From: Octopus sinensis
Lineage: Eukaryota
Assembly: GCF_006345805.1 (NCBI RefSeq)
Contig: NC_043003.1
Span: 115,692,001 to 115,756,000, forward strand
DNA: 64,000 nt
Reading direction: 5' to 3'
Positions 25,830 through 39,317 of this stretch are shown one piece after another. The translations under genes and the position numbers were made by a program. The stretch's first letter is position 1; the number at the start of each line of letters is the position of its first letter. The notes below the pieces were generated by a model. That model was not told the DNA's origin and made no database searches. It saw only the letters and a program-made list of their open reading frames with translations.

Positions 25830-26600
25830 TTTTTTTCTAATATGAAGAACAAGAAGAAGAACAAGAAAACCACTGCTTTGGAGTGGGAGATTATCCCACC
25901 CGAAGAGTGGCTTAAACAGCAAGAGGAGAAGACGGTGGTTTTGAGAACGTATTCGAAAGTTCTCGACACCATTGCCGTCTTCCCCAAGCAGGAAATTGAA
26001 AAGGAGTTAGCAGACTATCTGCCAACTTTAAAGTTTATTGCCCTGGGTGTCGGATATGCAATGATTTGTTTGATGTTTGACACATCCAGAGGAGAGCCAG
26101 CCCCTGGAGAGCAATACTTTTTTTTCCCGCATATCGTGGGAGGAAATTGACGAGGGCTTGGGTCTGCGGGCTGCCACCCAATATAGAACCAGGATGGATA
26201 GAGGACACTATCCGCTGGGGTTTGGGTGGCAGCAGCATCAAGCTCCTTAGTATAAAGCTGTTACCGGGTCTGGCCAAAAGTGGTTTTGACCCTGTGGACC
26301 AAATCAGCAAATAATTTAGTCTTCCCGGACTTTTGAACTCTGGCTGGGTGCAGTTACCCGATGATTCTTGAGAATGCCCCTCCCCCAAGCGTCACCTATG
26401 CCTGGAATCTGTCCCCAGGACCAAAGCAAGATCCTGAAGCAGTTGGTTGGCATCTCTCTAGAAGAGGGAATGGAGGCGGTCGACGAGGCGGAGGCATCCT
26501 CAAAGAAGGGTCGCAAAATGAAGAAGTTCAACAAAAATGGTTGCTCACAGAGGGATCCTAGGTCTGAGGGAAGGGAGGTGGATCTCTCGGTTACGAAGGA
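25830..26600 (+). pseudogene. Decayed ORF1 (gag-like) of a non-LTR retrotransposon, possibly L1/Tx1-type
   Basis: GC-richer frameshifted reading ...KTVVLRTYSKV...RKLTRAWVCGLPPNIEPGWIEDTI...LAGCSYPMILENAPP-KRHLCLE...ICPQ suggests an RRM-like region plus a broken CCHC knuckle; family assignment is by recollection only. Confidence 0.5.
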
Positions 26601-26750
26601 AATCCCCCCTTCCTCAGTAAGAAAAAAAAAGCGGAGGAAAAAGAAAAAACGGGACATTGCCGACATGTCCTAGAACTTCGTCGGTGGCAATAGTGATACC
26701 GACTTGTGTAGATACATCTCTATCTGTGTATATATATCTCTCTCTTTCCT

Positions 26751-26807
<57 letters not shown>

Positions 26808-26859
26808 ATATATATATATAAATATATATATAATAAATTAATAAATAATTAAAGCATAT

Positions 26860-27255
26860 ACATATATACATACATATATGTACGTACCTACCTCTACATG
26901 TATATATACATGCATATATGGGTACAGGACACCAAAAAAAAAACGTCGAACACAATGAGAAACGAAAACATAAACACAAGACCAAGGAAATGGACATTTT
27001 TCTGAAGCAACGAAAATATAGAGTACAGGACATACAATACAAGGAACATTCGCCTTCTTCAGTCGCCTTTGTTTCATCTACTCCACGTTTCGAAGGTCAA
27101 GGCGATACGTGACTTTTATGAAACTTTCCTTCCCGCGAAAAGCAAATTAAATATAATTTGAGATTTTTTTGCGAAGGGGTAAAAATGGTAACAAAAACAG
27201 GACAGTAACGACAGTACAAAATATAAACAGTAAAAGACAGGACAGAGAGAGAGAG
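26860..27255 (-). repeat. Second copy of the 18870-19262 dispersed repeat
   Basis: Reverse-complement similarity as listed for 18620-19262. Confidence 0.75.
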
Positions 27256-27892
27256 GATGATAGATGCAGACACACCTTCACACGCATGCACGCATGTACA
27301 TATATGTTGATGCATGAATGTATGCATTGTTAAAAATGAAAACTAAGAGGAAAAGTTGTAGAAACCGAAGCAAAGAAGAGTTCAACGAAGATTAGGTTAC
27401 AGCTGACAAGCACGACTAGATTCTGATGGCATCGCTAGTTATGTGATCGTGAACTTAACTTTGCTTTTTGCCAATTATATATATCGTACAATGTTGCGTG
27501 AGTCATGTGGTTTGATTGTGGTTATCTTATAACGAAAGTGGTGGTAACCAACATGTCTGCTGCTGGAGGGAAATTGACTGGAAGTAATTTGATTATGAAG
27601 AGAGCGCAAGGCATATGACAAGCTCTATAGACAAACTACGATTAACACGCTCCGAAATACACTGCATGTCCCTTCCTCTTGTACGCTTATTTCTCGAATT
27701 TTTATGATCATACAAGTATTCCTTCTGTTAATCTCTCATTCCCACTTTGGTTGATGTAAAAGATACATACATATACATACACACAGACACACAGACACAC
27801 ACACGCATATATATATACGTATACATGAACACATATATATATGCATATATAGTATTATATATATATATATTATATATATATATATATATATA

Positions 27893-27939
<47 letters not shown>

Positions 27940-28136
27940 GGGAGAGAGAGAGAGGGGGGAGGAAAGAGAGAGGGGAGAGAGGGGAGAGAGAAAGAGAGAG
28001 AGAGAGACTGTGTGTATTAGGTGTGAGGTACAGAAATTGAATATTGAGAAAAAAAGTCGTCAGAATTTTGAGAAAAAATCTGCTAAAAATAATGCAGAAA
28101 TAAACAATTTTTTCCAAAATTCTGACAACACTTTTG

Positions 28137-28215
<79 letters not shown>

Positions 28216-28609
28216 TGTAAGTCCACGTTTTTGTGTACGTATATGTGGTGTATCTTTTTATATTGTATATGTTTTGTGTGAGGGTGTTATTTATACAAGC
28301 ATAAATAGAGCTGCCTAGAGCTGACTTTACCTGCTCCCAGAACCATATCGCTATTTTCTCTACAACACAAAGTTAAATTACCTCAGACGAAACTGCAAAT
28401 GATATTGATTTTTTTTCCTTGCTACTCAGAAACACAAAATATTTATTCTACAGGTGAAGTATCATAGATATTCGGTTTATAGCAAACGATAAGGTGAAAG
28501 AATATTGGACTATTTTGCTTTTTAAATTAAGAACACTATCACACGTACAAATTATAGATGAAGTACTTTTAAATGCTGCGTGGAAATAACGTAATTATTA
28601 CTTGTTACT

Positions 28610-28741
28610 TATTTCTTTATTGGCCACAAGGAGCTAAACATAGAGGGGACAAACAAGGACAGACAAAGGGATTAAGACGATTACATCGACCCCAGTGCGT
28701 AACTGGTACTTAATTTATCGACCCCGAAAGGATGAAAGGCA
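28610..28741 (-). mobile_element. 5'-truncated SINE-C with 17-bp TSD
   Basis: Family C 3' half; aattattacttgttact at 28593-28609 and 28742-28758. Confidence 0.9.
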
Positions 28742-29544
28742 AATTATTACTTGTTACTATTCATTTGTAACATAGGCATGATGGTGGGGTACAAGCAAAT
28801 TAATGATAATGATCTTAGTACGAATGCAACAAAACTAGTTTACAAATGGACTAGAACCTTTAGGATAGTGTACATTCTAATAACTCTGAAGCAAGTATGA
28901 CTGATTTGGAAATAAATAAAAAGTTTGTGTGAAATGCTTCGTGTGAAACTGCTGAGGCGTATTCCCCGGCACATTCGTCTTTGCGTAGAACGAAACTTCA
29001 TAGCTCCTGATGTTGGTAGATCTTTCGTAATCGACTTCAGTTACAAAGCTACATTACCTTCAGTTTGCATAAAAGCTTCACCGATAACATGATTTTAATT
29101 GTATTCTTCAATCTTTCAACGAGTGCTTACAAAATGAGGGCAAATATTACAATGGAAATATCTGGGTTAGAAATGTGTCTGATATATACAGCCATTAATA
29201 TACATTTTATCGATATATTTCGTGTTTACATCAGTGAATCATATTCTTCAGTAATTTCGAGGGATTACAAAATATGCAACGCCTGTAACACTTGTGAATA
29301 GCTTTCAAAGTTTACATTGCTTTGAGTTTATGTTACGGTGTTCACCAATCTGAGTTTTCCATCCTCCACTCATGCCTAATATTTACTGGGCATCTGCTTC
29401 TCCAGCCTGCAATAAACAGAGTACTGATGCGCTCAAAGATAGATTACAATATATACATAGATATATACATACATATACACATACATGCATGCAGACGCAC
29501 GCACAGACACACACATACAAATATAAGAAACCCATTGTACACAC

Positions 29545-29576
<32 letters not shown>

Positions 29577-29589
29577 TATATATATATAA

Positions 29590-29631
<42 letters not shown>

Positions 29632-29826
29632 GTCGACGATGGGAAAGATGTCTTCCCTTTGCAAATACTGACACATTTAAGTGTGTCAATAGCCAGGTGG
29701 AGAACATGTTCCCCTGGGGTACAAGCTACCGTAGCATCCACCATTATTGGTTAGCCATATTTAAGTGGCAAATATATTTCACACAGACACACACACACAC
29801 ACATACACACACATATATATATAGTA

Positions 29827-30094
29827 TTGTATTTGGCGAGAGTCATTCTCTTTAGTGCCTCATTATTTAACACACTCACCGATTCGATTTCCAGTCATTT
29901 ACTTATTTATCTTTTCTAAAGTTCTCGTTGCGTCTTGAAAATTTTTCAGAAGTCGTCGACTCTGTCAGACTATTCCAAAGGTTGCAAGACGCAACGGAAA
30001 GTTTAGAAAAAATAAATAAATATATGTGTGGAAATCGAATCGGTGCGTGTGTTAAATAATAAGGCCCAAAGAAAATGACTCTCGCCAGATACAA
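29827..30094. mobile_element. Palindromic (foldback) MITE with TA TSD
   Basis: ttgtatttggcgagagtcatt...caccgattcgatttcca...cgttgcgtcttg mirrored by caagacgcaacg...tggaaatcgaatcggtg...aatgactctcgccagatacaa. Confidence 0.8.
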
Positions 30095-30367
30095 TATATA
30101 TATATATATATACACACACATACCCAGTCTGCTAGTAAAATTGTCGTGTTTACGTAGGAGAAACGCACTAAAGACCTATAGTAGAATTAATGCATTTCTG
30201 TGATTCTGATATGAATGTATTACCGTCAATAAATGCATTTCAGATGATGTGATATACTTTAAGCGAATCTATTATTTATAATCCCTGATTTAATTTCAAT
30301 GTCATGTTTAATATCATATATACCAATGTATTTTAATATTGAATATGAACGTGTGCGTCTGCTTGTA

Positions 30368-30425
<58 letters not shown>

Positions 30426-30484
30426 TGTGGTGCTTGTGGGCGGGTGTGTGTGCATACGTGTGTATGTGTGTATTTGTGTGTTTC

Positions 30485-30690
30485 ATGTGGCGTTCGGGGC
30501 AGAATCGTTAGCACACGGGGCATAATGCATACGGCATTTCTTCCATCTTTATGTTCTGAGTTCAAATCGTCTTTCGTCCTTTAGTGATCAACAAAGTAAG
30601 GTCCAGTTAAACGCAGCTTTTCAGGTAATTCACTTACTCGCTTTCAATTCTGAAATCACTGGACTTGTGACAATCTTTGAAACCAACATC
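30485..30690 (+). mobile_element. Very old SINE-C-related copy
   Basis: gcagaatcgttagcac, gttctgagttcaaat and a tail ending tttgaaacca. Confidence 0.5.
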
Positions 30691-30780
30691 GTATGTATGT
30701 GATATCTATCTATCTACGTATCTGTATATATATGTGTATGTATTTATTATTTGTATATAATATATATATATAATATAATA

Positions 30781-30835
<55 letters not shown>

Positions 30836-30858
30836 GTGTGTGTGTGTGTGTGGCTGAT

Positions 30859-31032
30859 AGGCGCAGGAGTGGCTGTGTGGTAAGTAGCTTGCTAACCAAC
30901 CACATAGTTCCGGGTTCAGTCCCACTGCGTGGCATCTTGGGCAAGTGTCTTCTGCTATAGCCCGGGCCGACTAAAGGCGGTGCTCCAGCATGGCCGCAGT
31001 CAAATGACTGAAACAAGTAAAAGAGTAAAGAG
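30859..31032 (+). mobile_element. Internally deleted SINE-B
   Basis: Head joined directly to tail at ggccgac|taaaggcgg. Confidence 0.88.
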
Positions 31033-31142
31033 TATATATATATGTACATATGTACATATATATATATATATATTTATTTATTTATTTTTTTTTTATTTAT
31101 ATATATATATATATATACATATATGTATATATATTTATTTAC

Positions 31143-31190
<48 letters not shown>

Positions 31191-32236
31191 ATATTTGCTC
31201 TTGACTATAACAGCAATCTGTTATTTACATATTAAATACAAACGTTGAATCAGTCATTCGTTCTCTTTTATACGACTATAAAACTTCTTTATCTCTTCAG
31301 AAAACATACGTCATACAAGTCGGCCATATTTACTCTCTATTATCCATCTTATTCAATCTTATGTCTTTTAAAGTTATAAAAAGACAGCGCTGCAGCAGCA
31401 TGGTGAATGCTATTTTTGGCAATGTTCGTTTTCTATTCTTGATAACTATTAATAATTTCGTGAACAATATGAACGGGTCAGCTAAGAAATACTTCTCAAT
31501 TTCAGCCAAGTAAGACAGAATTTTGACTTTATATAACATTAATATAGACGCAATTCAAGTAGCTTTCTTATTATATTTTGGTACGATTTTTGCCGACGTT
31601 GATGTTGGTGGTAGCGGTGGGTTGTATGTAATTATTTCAATTGAGACTTTCTATGATGATTTGAAATACAGCTGACCCTGACAACATATTCATGATTTTT
31701 CATACGAGACAAAATTTAGAAAGATTTTCATTGTCTGGTTAATAATATGAAAGGGCGGCTGCAGTTAACTCTGTAAGATAAAATTACTAGTGTTAAATAT
31801 TTACCGCTTTTTATGTCTGTAGAATTAGCTACTCATCATACCACATTATATCTAATTTAGATTGTCCATTGTGGGTATAATACCACGGTTGATATGAGAG
31901 TGACTAAAAACTCTCACGTTTATACCTGATGGAGCATCGCCTACATTTTATTTATTTTTTTTTATTTTCTGAAGTATATTGGATTTTTTCCTAATATTTG
32001 TGAATATATGCGTGCGTATGTGCGTGCACGTGTGTTTGTACGCGTGTCTGTGTGTGCGCGCGTGTGGCTGTGTATGTGTGCACGTACGTGTCTGTAAAGA
32101 AATATAAAGTAGTAGAAAGTGCACTTTAAGAACATTTCTTATGATTAGACAAACGGTTGAGAGGGAAATATATTTAATTCAACACTCACCTCATTAGCAT
32201 TCTAAGATTTTATAGACTTTTGGGAGACATTCCCTG

Positions 32237-32300
<64 letters not shown>

Positions 32301-32478
32301 AAAGAGAGAGAGGGGTAGATAGATAGATAGATAGATAGATAGATACATATACATATATATATATGTATATATATGAAGAGGGAGAGAGAGAGAGAGGTAG
32401 ATAGATAGATAGATAAATACATACATACATACATACATACATACATACATAGATGGTCAGATAGATTGATACATATAG

Positions 32479-32525
<47 letters not shown>

Positions 32526-32859
32526 CATATACATATAGGTATATGTATATAGAGAGAGACACCTTGAGGGATAGGTCTATATATATGTGTGTGTGTAGAG
32601 AGACAGAGAGAGAGAGAGTGTGTGTGCGTGTGAGAGAGATGGAGAGGTTATGAGAGGTAGTGGTATCATTGAGACACAACGGTGTCAGGTAATGCTAAAT
32701 AAGTGCTATAAACAGACCATAGTGAAATTCCAGGTTCGGTGATTAATCGAATAAAGGGTTCAACGTTTGTCATATGTCAGCGTGTATATATAATTGTTTT
32801 TTTCTTAATGAGATAAATAACCAAGTCTGTGTTGACTTTAGAATATTTATGGACAGAAC

Positions 32860-32965
32860 GTCTTACAGCTGTTTCCAGGATGCTTATTATATCCTTTCTT
32901 CGGAGACAGTGTGAGGGCATGGTTAAATAATAGTTAATTTAGATAAGATACAAAACAGAGATTGA
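32860..32965 (-). mobile_element. PLE-like remnant (same family as 11745) with hammerhead-like motif at 32860-32907
   Basis: Minus strand gtct-ccgaagaa-aggat..atcct-g-gaaac-agct-gta-agac. Confidence 0.55.
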
Positions 32966-33002
32966 TGTATATATTTACCAAAATTACATAAACATATATT
33001 GA

Positions 33003-33270
33003 AATACTATTCAATATAATCGCCATTGGCTTCAACCACGGCCTCCAGACGACTTCAGAATCTCTTCCAACTCTTCTGGGCAGTCTTCTTGTTGTCGTTC
33101 GTGAATGTTGTCATAACCCTTTGTATTCAGTTCATTTTGGGTGTTACGAGGAGTTTTGTTGGTCTCTCGCAAAAGTGTACCACGCAATAATGAAGCGGGT
33201 CGCAGTCTGGGGAGTTGGGTGGCCAGATATGAGGAGAAATACCCAAGGTCAAGAGAAACAAGGACCACTA
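33003..33270 (-). pseudogene. Tc1/mariner-superfamily transposase C-terminal remnant (maT/DD37D-like)
   Basis: Frameshifted WPPNSPDCDPLHY...ETNKTPRNTQNEL...SRLEAVVEANGDYIE*. Confidence 0.75.
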
Positions 33271-34679
33271 TATTCTAGAGTCATTACAATGTACGAAGAA
33301 CATGCAATAGATGTGACGATGTCATTTTGATATAGCTAACTCTTTTTACAATATTCTGATGACTTTCAGTCAGACTTCATGGCATCTAATTTTTTCTCAA
33401 CGACAAATTTAATTGTTAAGCTATCAAGCGGCGCCAAATGCTTACAAACACATCAAGCTGGTCCTCAGAAAATATGGCGTGAATCGACAAATTTAGTGCG
33501 AAAACATACACTTACATACAAATACAAACATGCATCACACACACATATAATATGTATTTATCTACGGCGCATTCCAAATTAGAAGAAAAGAAGTAAAGAT
33601 CTATATATTTTGATATCCCATTCTAAGTTAAAAAAGAAAAGTACTACACGCATAAAAAAGAAAAGTTGAGAGGCAAGCTTCAAGGAATGATTCACCGTTT
33701 GTTGTCAGTCCTTGGAAAGGACTGGTTACCTAGCTGACCAATTATTTATGAAGCAGCCATGAATAAGTCTTGTAGATAACTAATATTCATATCTGTTCTT
33801 TTGACGCGCGTCAGTAATTGAAAGACTTTTCTAGGATTCTCGAGCGTTAATCTAATATACTTGCTTGTTTTTCCTTCACCTGTCTTCGTGTTTTGTTTTC
33901 CGAAAAATTGAACTGTGTGTGTATGTGTGTGTGAGCGCGCGTGTGCATGCGTCTGTGTGTGTGTATGTGTATATGAGTGTGTGTATGTGAGTGTACTTGT
34001 GCATGCATTTGTACCCCCATCGCTACTTGACGATTGTTTTCATTTCGTTGCGGTTCGGCAAAGCCCGATGAAGTAAATACTTGGTTTTAAGAAATTTATT
34101 CCTCCATTAGATTTGTTCGACTATAATCCTTGTATGCCCCAGTATGGTTGTAGCCTAATGGCGGAAACAAGTAAAATTTCAACAATACAAGATTCCTTCT
34201 ATCCAATCTCATTCTGCAATTGCTGCGGAGAAAACTGGGGATAGTTTTCTTCTCATGGACCTTTCCATAGTTTGTTGACCTTTCATCAGCGAAAATATCC
34301 GCAATTCCCTTTCTCCTTACGTAACATAGTTCGGCTGCTTCCGTAGTAATTATGATTTAGCATCGATGCGTTTTGTAAAGGAAGACTTGAACATAATTCT
34401 TTGACGGTTCAGCATCAAGGAAACAAATGTGAATTGTGCATAACTCAACGTTAAAAAGATCACACGCACGCGCGTACACACGCTTATATATACATATATG
34501 TTAGTGTACATGTGTGTATGTATGTGTTTGAGTGTTTCTGTTTATGCACGTTATTTAAGGAAATCTTTGTCTTACATCGATATATAATTCCGTAGAATTT
34601 GCGTTTATATACACATATTCACAACACGTGTTCATAGAGCTTTTGTATATACGTGTGTAACTGATTGCTTGCTTATGAG

Positions 34680-34736
34680 TGTGTGTGTTTGTGTGTGTGT
34701 TTGTGTGTGTGTGTGTTTGTGTGTGTGTGAGTATGT

Positions 34737-34767
<31 letters not shown>

Positions 34768-35380
34768 CGAGCGTTTGTGTTATAGGGTGAGTGTATTTGC
34801 ATGCATCTGTATTCCTATGTCTATCTATATATGCAGATATATTTGGGTGTGTTTATTTTAATCTGATATATTTCCGTAAAATTTATGTACAAACCTCTAC
34901 AAATATTCATCCATGCATCATTTTTATTGTAGCATTTTGACAACAAGTGATGTTTACGGCCATCTTTTGTAAACTAGATTTGCTGTTGTTGTACATGCCT
35001 TCAAATCAAAATCGTTGATTATGTATTTTTTGTCGTACTATACCTTAGACGCGGCAATAAAACTCGAGTATATATGAGGAGATTCTGGAATTATTACGCT
35101 CTTAATGTATTTCCATCATCTAAATTTATCCTTTTATTTCTTGCTGTAGATGCATTAATATTCTTGAGAGAAATGAAGTTCCTCTATAGTCGTTACTTGT
35201 TTTTCTCTACTTTATTGTACGCATATTGCTACTTCTGTAGTAGTTCGTGGTGAAGGTGCTTTTTAATTCTCTACTTTGCTTTAACTAATTTATTTCCCAA
35301 GTTTCAAACTCGCATGCACTGACACATAAATATTTTACATACATCTAAATCAACATATCTGCACATGTATTTCAAAGTTT

Positions 35381-35442
<62 letters not shown>

Positions 35443-35573
35443 TGTATGTGTGTGTGTATGTGTGAAAGTAAGTGTACAAAAACGCACACACACAAACAAC
35501 CATACCAATTCTCTACCACACGCATACACATACACTCACATATATATATGTAATGTATATATATATATATATA

Positions 35574-35616
<43 letters not shown>

Positions 35617-36496
35617 TGTGTGTTTGTGTGTGTGTGTGAGTATGTGTGTGTTTGTGTGTGTGTGTGGTGTGTGTGTGTGTGCGAGCGTTTGTGTTATAGG
35701 GTGAGTGTATTTGCATGCATCTGTATTCCTATGTCTATCTATATATGCAGATATATTTGGGTGTGTTTATTTTAATCTGATATATTTCCGTAAAATTTAT
35801 GTACAAACCTCTACAAATATTCATCCATGCATCATTTTTATTGTAGCATTTTGACAACAAGTGATGTTTACGGCCATCTTTTGTAAACTAGATTTGCTGT
35901 TGTTGTACATGCCTTCAAATCAAAATCGTTGATTATGTATTTTTTGTCGTACTATACCTTAGACGCGGCAATAAAACTCGAGTATATATGAGGAGATTCT
36001 GGAATTATTACGCTCTTAATGTATTTCCATCATCTAAATTTATCCTTTTATTTCTTGCTGTAGATGCATTAATATTCTTGAGAGAAATGAAGTTCCTCTA
36101 TAGTCGTTACTTGTTTTTCTCTACTTTATTGTACGCATATTGCTACTTCTGTAGTAGTTCGTGGTGAAGGTGCTTTTTAATTCTCTACTTTGCTTTAACT
36201 AATTTATTTCCCAAGTTTCAAACTCGCATGCACTGACACATAAATATTTTACATACATCTAAATCAACATATCTGCACATGTATTTCAAAGTTTTGTGTA
36301 TATATATATATATTATATATATATATATATATATAATATATATATATATATGTCTGTGTGTGTGTGTGTATGTGTGAAAGTAAGTGTACAAAAACGCACA
36401 CACACAAACAACCATACCAATTCTCTACCACACGCATACACATACACTCACATATATATATGTAATGTATATATATATATATTATATATATATATA

Positions 36497-36548
<52 letters not shown>
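34680..36548. repeat. Tandem duplication of a ~914-bp unit bounded by (GT)n tracts
   Basis: gcgagcgtttgtg at 34767 and 35681; the unique parts look identical, with differences confined to microsatellites. Confidence 0.93.
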
Positions 36549-36552
<4 letters not shown>

Positions 36553-36876
36553 GGTGTATATGGGAAAGAACTTTACATTTATATTTATTTCATTAAAATA
36601 CGACTATGTTGCTATCTTTTCAGACTTTTGCTGTCATTACAGACTTTTGGTACATCCGCATAAATCTTTACCGTTTGTTTGGAGGAATAATTTGTTACAT
36701 CCTTAATCAACATTTATATATATTCACAACTTCCTCTTGCGAATAACAGATAGATTCCCCTCTATGCATTGCCTACAGCCAAATTGTTGAACAGTTAGAC
36801 TTCCACGTCATAATTCACGTGTTATTTGATTTTATCGTAGTTCGAATTAGTTAACGTTTAGAGCTTAAAATTATTT

Positions 36877-37033
36877 AACCTATCAAATATGTTGAAGGTG
36901 GGGTAACCTGTCAGATACGACCGTTAAGAGGATATCCTATCGAATATGTTAAAGATGGGATAACCTGTTAGGCACGATTGTTAAGAGGATAACCTATCAA
37001 ATATACTGAAGCAGGGTAATATATCAGATACGT
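36877..37033. repeat. Diverged 57-bp tandem repeat, ~2.7 units
   Basis: cctatc starts at 36879, 36936 and 36993; ccgttaagaggata/ttgttaagaggata repeated. Confidence 0.8.
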
Positions 37034-38316
37034 TTAATATTTAATAGGAAGAGGTTTAGTATCTATGGTGGACAAATAAGTTGAATTTGTTTCAAACTTT
37101 ACAGATGTTTGCCTGGAAATCTTTTCGATATTATTCTATCAAATCTCGAAGTAGACTGCTTTCCTAACGTTATATCTACATTTTACAAGTTCCTGCTTCC
37201 TTTAAATCCATCGTCCATACATATAATGGGAAATCACGGACCGGATGTTTGAAGGATGAATCAATGGCGGTGACATCCACTGACAGAAACGACAAAACCT
37301 TTTTCCACAAAACGAAAATAGGGACCCACGTGAACAAAGCATAGGTATCGGACTAAGTAGAAACCTAGAGCTGGAGATGTCGAGTGTAAAGTAATTTTAT
37401 CACTAATGTGTATACAATAGAGTAATTTCCTTTATAAGATAGCGAATTGATCAATGTGTCTCTTTTCCTTGGCAAATCATCAATTCCATTGATATCGAGA
37501 AGTGCAAATAGGAAGAAGAAACTATCATTGAAAGGGCTCCGAATTCTAAAGATTAATATCCTAAATGTAATTAAAATGAATACAATTAAAGGACAACAGT
37601 CTCTTAAATACAAGACATGTTTCCTTCGTCTCAATCGTGAATCGCTAGCGGAAGCTTTATCAGTCTTCATTTCGCTGAAAACTTAATTATTGACAAATTG
37701 ACAAATCTCAGACACTTTGCTGAATGAATAAGAAATCAAACACAAGGGAATTGTTGATTGGAAGATTGGAGAAATTATGAAATAGAGTTGCTGTTATCTT
37801 CTTCCATTTTACAGAATGTACGCACACAGGTGAATATTTCTACATACAGACGTTTGGAATGCAAATTTTATTCTCTCTGTCTCTCACTCTCAATACACAG
37901 AATTTAAAACAAATAAATATTTAGTGAAACTTTACACGAAAGGTATCTGTTATTCTTATATGCAAACAGGAATGCATTTCGTATATAATTTTGAAAGTAC
38001 AATGTATAGCAGTATATGTTTAATTTCATTTTTTCGGTCCTATTTTCAAATATATCTGCAATTAACTGTGTATTAATTTCTTGTGAGAGAAACAAATAAA
38101 GAAACAGCGTACCCAATCTAATCACACTGAGATATACAGGTGTATATATATATATATGATTCTTGCGTTTACTAATTTATTCTATTTGTTCATCATGTTC
38201 ACATCCACAAGGCTCTGAACATTTTAATCTCAAATATAATAACGCACTATTTCTCAATCACGTCTGTTTACTTTAACCTGCTAAAAATATATTTATACAC
38301 CTACGCGTTTTATTAA

Positions 38317-38713
38317 TCTTTATATATAAAAGTGAGGTTGTGTGCTGTCTGTCTCCTACGATTTAGATTCCTAACTACTCCCACATTTTGCGGCGCAGTT
38401 TAACCAAAACCGGGTATCTTATAGTTGTGATTCATATCGAGCCCTTCTGGGTATTAGCGCGCGTCTACGATGAGTCTACGATTTAAAAAAAAATTACCAT
38501 AATTTCTTTCCATTTTAATGCATTTTCTCGCTATTATATAAGGGAAGTAACTCTCTAAGAATGTCTACGATGAGTCAACGATTTAAAAAAAAATTACCAT
38601 ATTTTTTTTTCCATTTTTAATGCATTTTTTTGCTATTTTTTGGCTATAACTCTAAAAATGCTTATATAGTTATTTCCCTTAAAAACCCGAGCAACGCCGG
38701 GCGATACTGCTAG
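38317..38713 (+). mobile_element. Non-autonomous Helitron (2 internal units)
   Basis: A|TC 5' end, 3' hairpin cccgagcaacgccggg, CTAG|T, no TSD. Confidence 0.9.
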
Positions 38714-38932
38714 TAACATATACAGCACATTAACGCAATACCTGTTAAATAAATTTCACTATGTAACCATGACGTTCTCTATTTTTTGGCAAAGTCAACT
38801 AGTTGAAGTGAAGTGTTTGAGCTGACAGAAGTATCTGAATTGCACACCATCCGAAATAAAAGGCAATTTCAGGCAAATGAGTCACTACAAAGCCGACTGT
38901 GACATAGCTAACTACCCCAATGTACTTAAACT

Positions 38933-39317
38933 GGGAAGCACTCCGTCGGTTACGACGACGAGGGTTCCGGTTGATCCCATCAACGGAACAGCCTGCTCGT
39001 GAAATTAACGTGTAAGTGGCTGAGCACTCCACAGATACGTGTACCCTTAACGTAGTTCTCGGGGATATTCAGCGTGACACAGAGATTGACAAGGCCGGCC
39101 CTTTGAAATACAGGTACAACAGAAACAGGAAGTAAGAGTGAGAGAAAGTTGTGGTGAAAGAGTACAGCAGGGATCACCACCATCCCCTGCCGGAGCCTCG
39201 TGGAGCTTTTAGATGTTTTCGCTCAATAAACACTCACAACGCCCGGTCTGGGAATCGAAACCCCGATCCCATGACCGCGAGTCCGCTGCCCTAACCACTG
39301 GGCCATTGCACCTCCAC
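38933..39317 (-). mobile_element. SINE-A with 12-bp TSD
   Basis: tgtacttaaact at 38921-38932 and 39318-39329. Confidence 0.93.
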
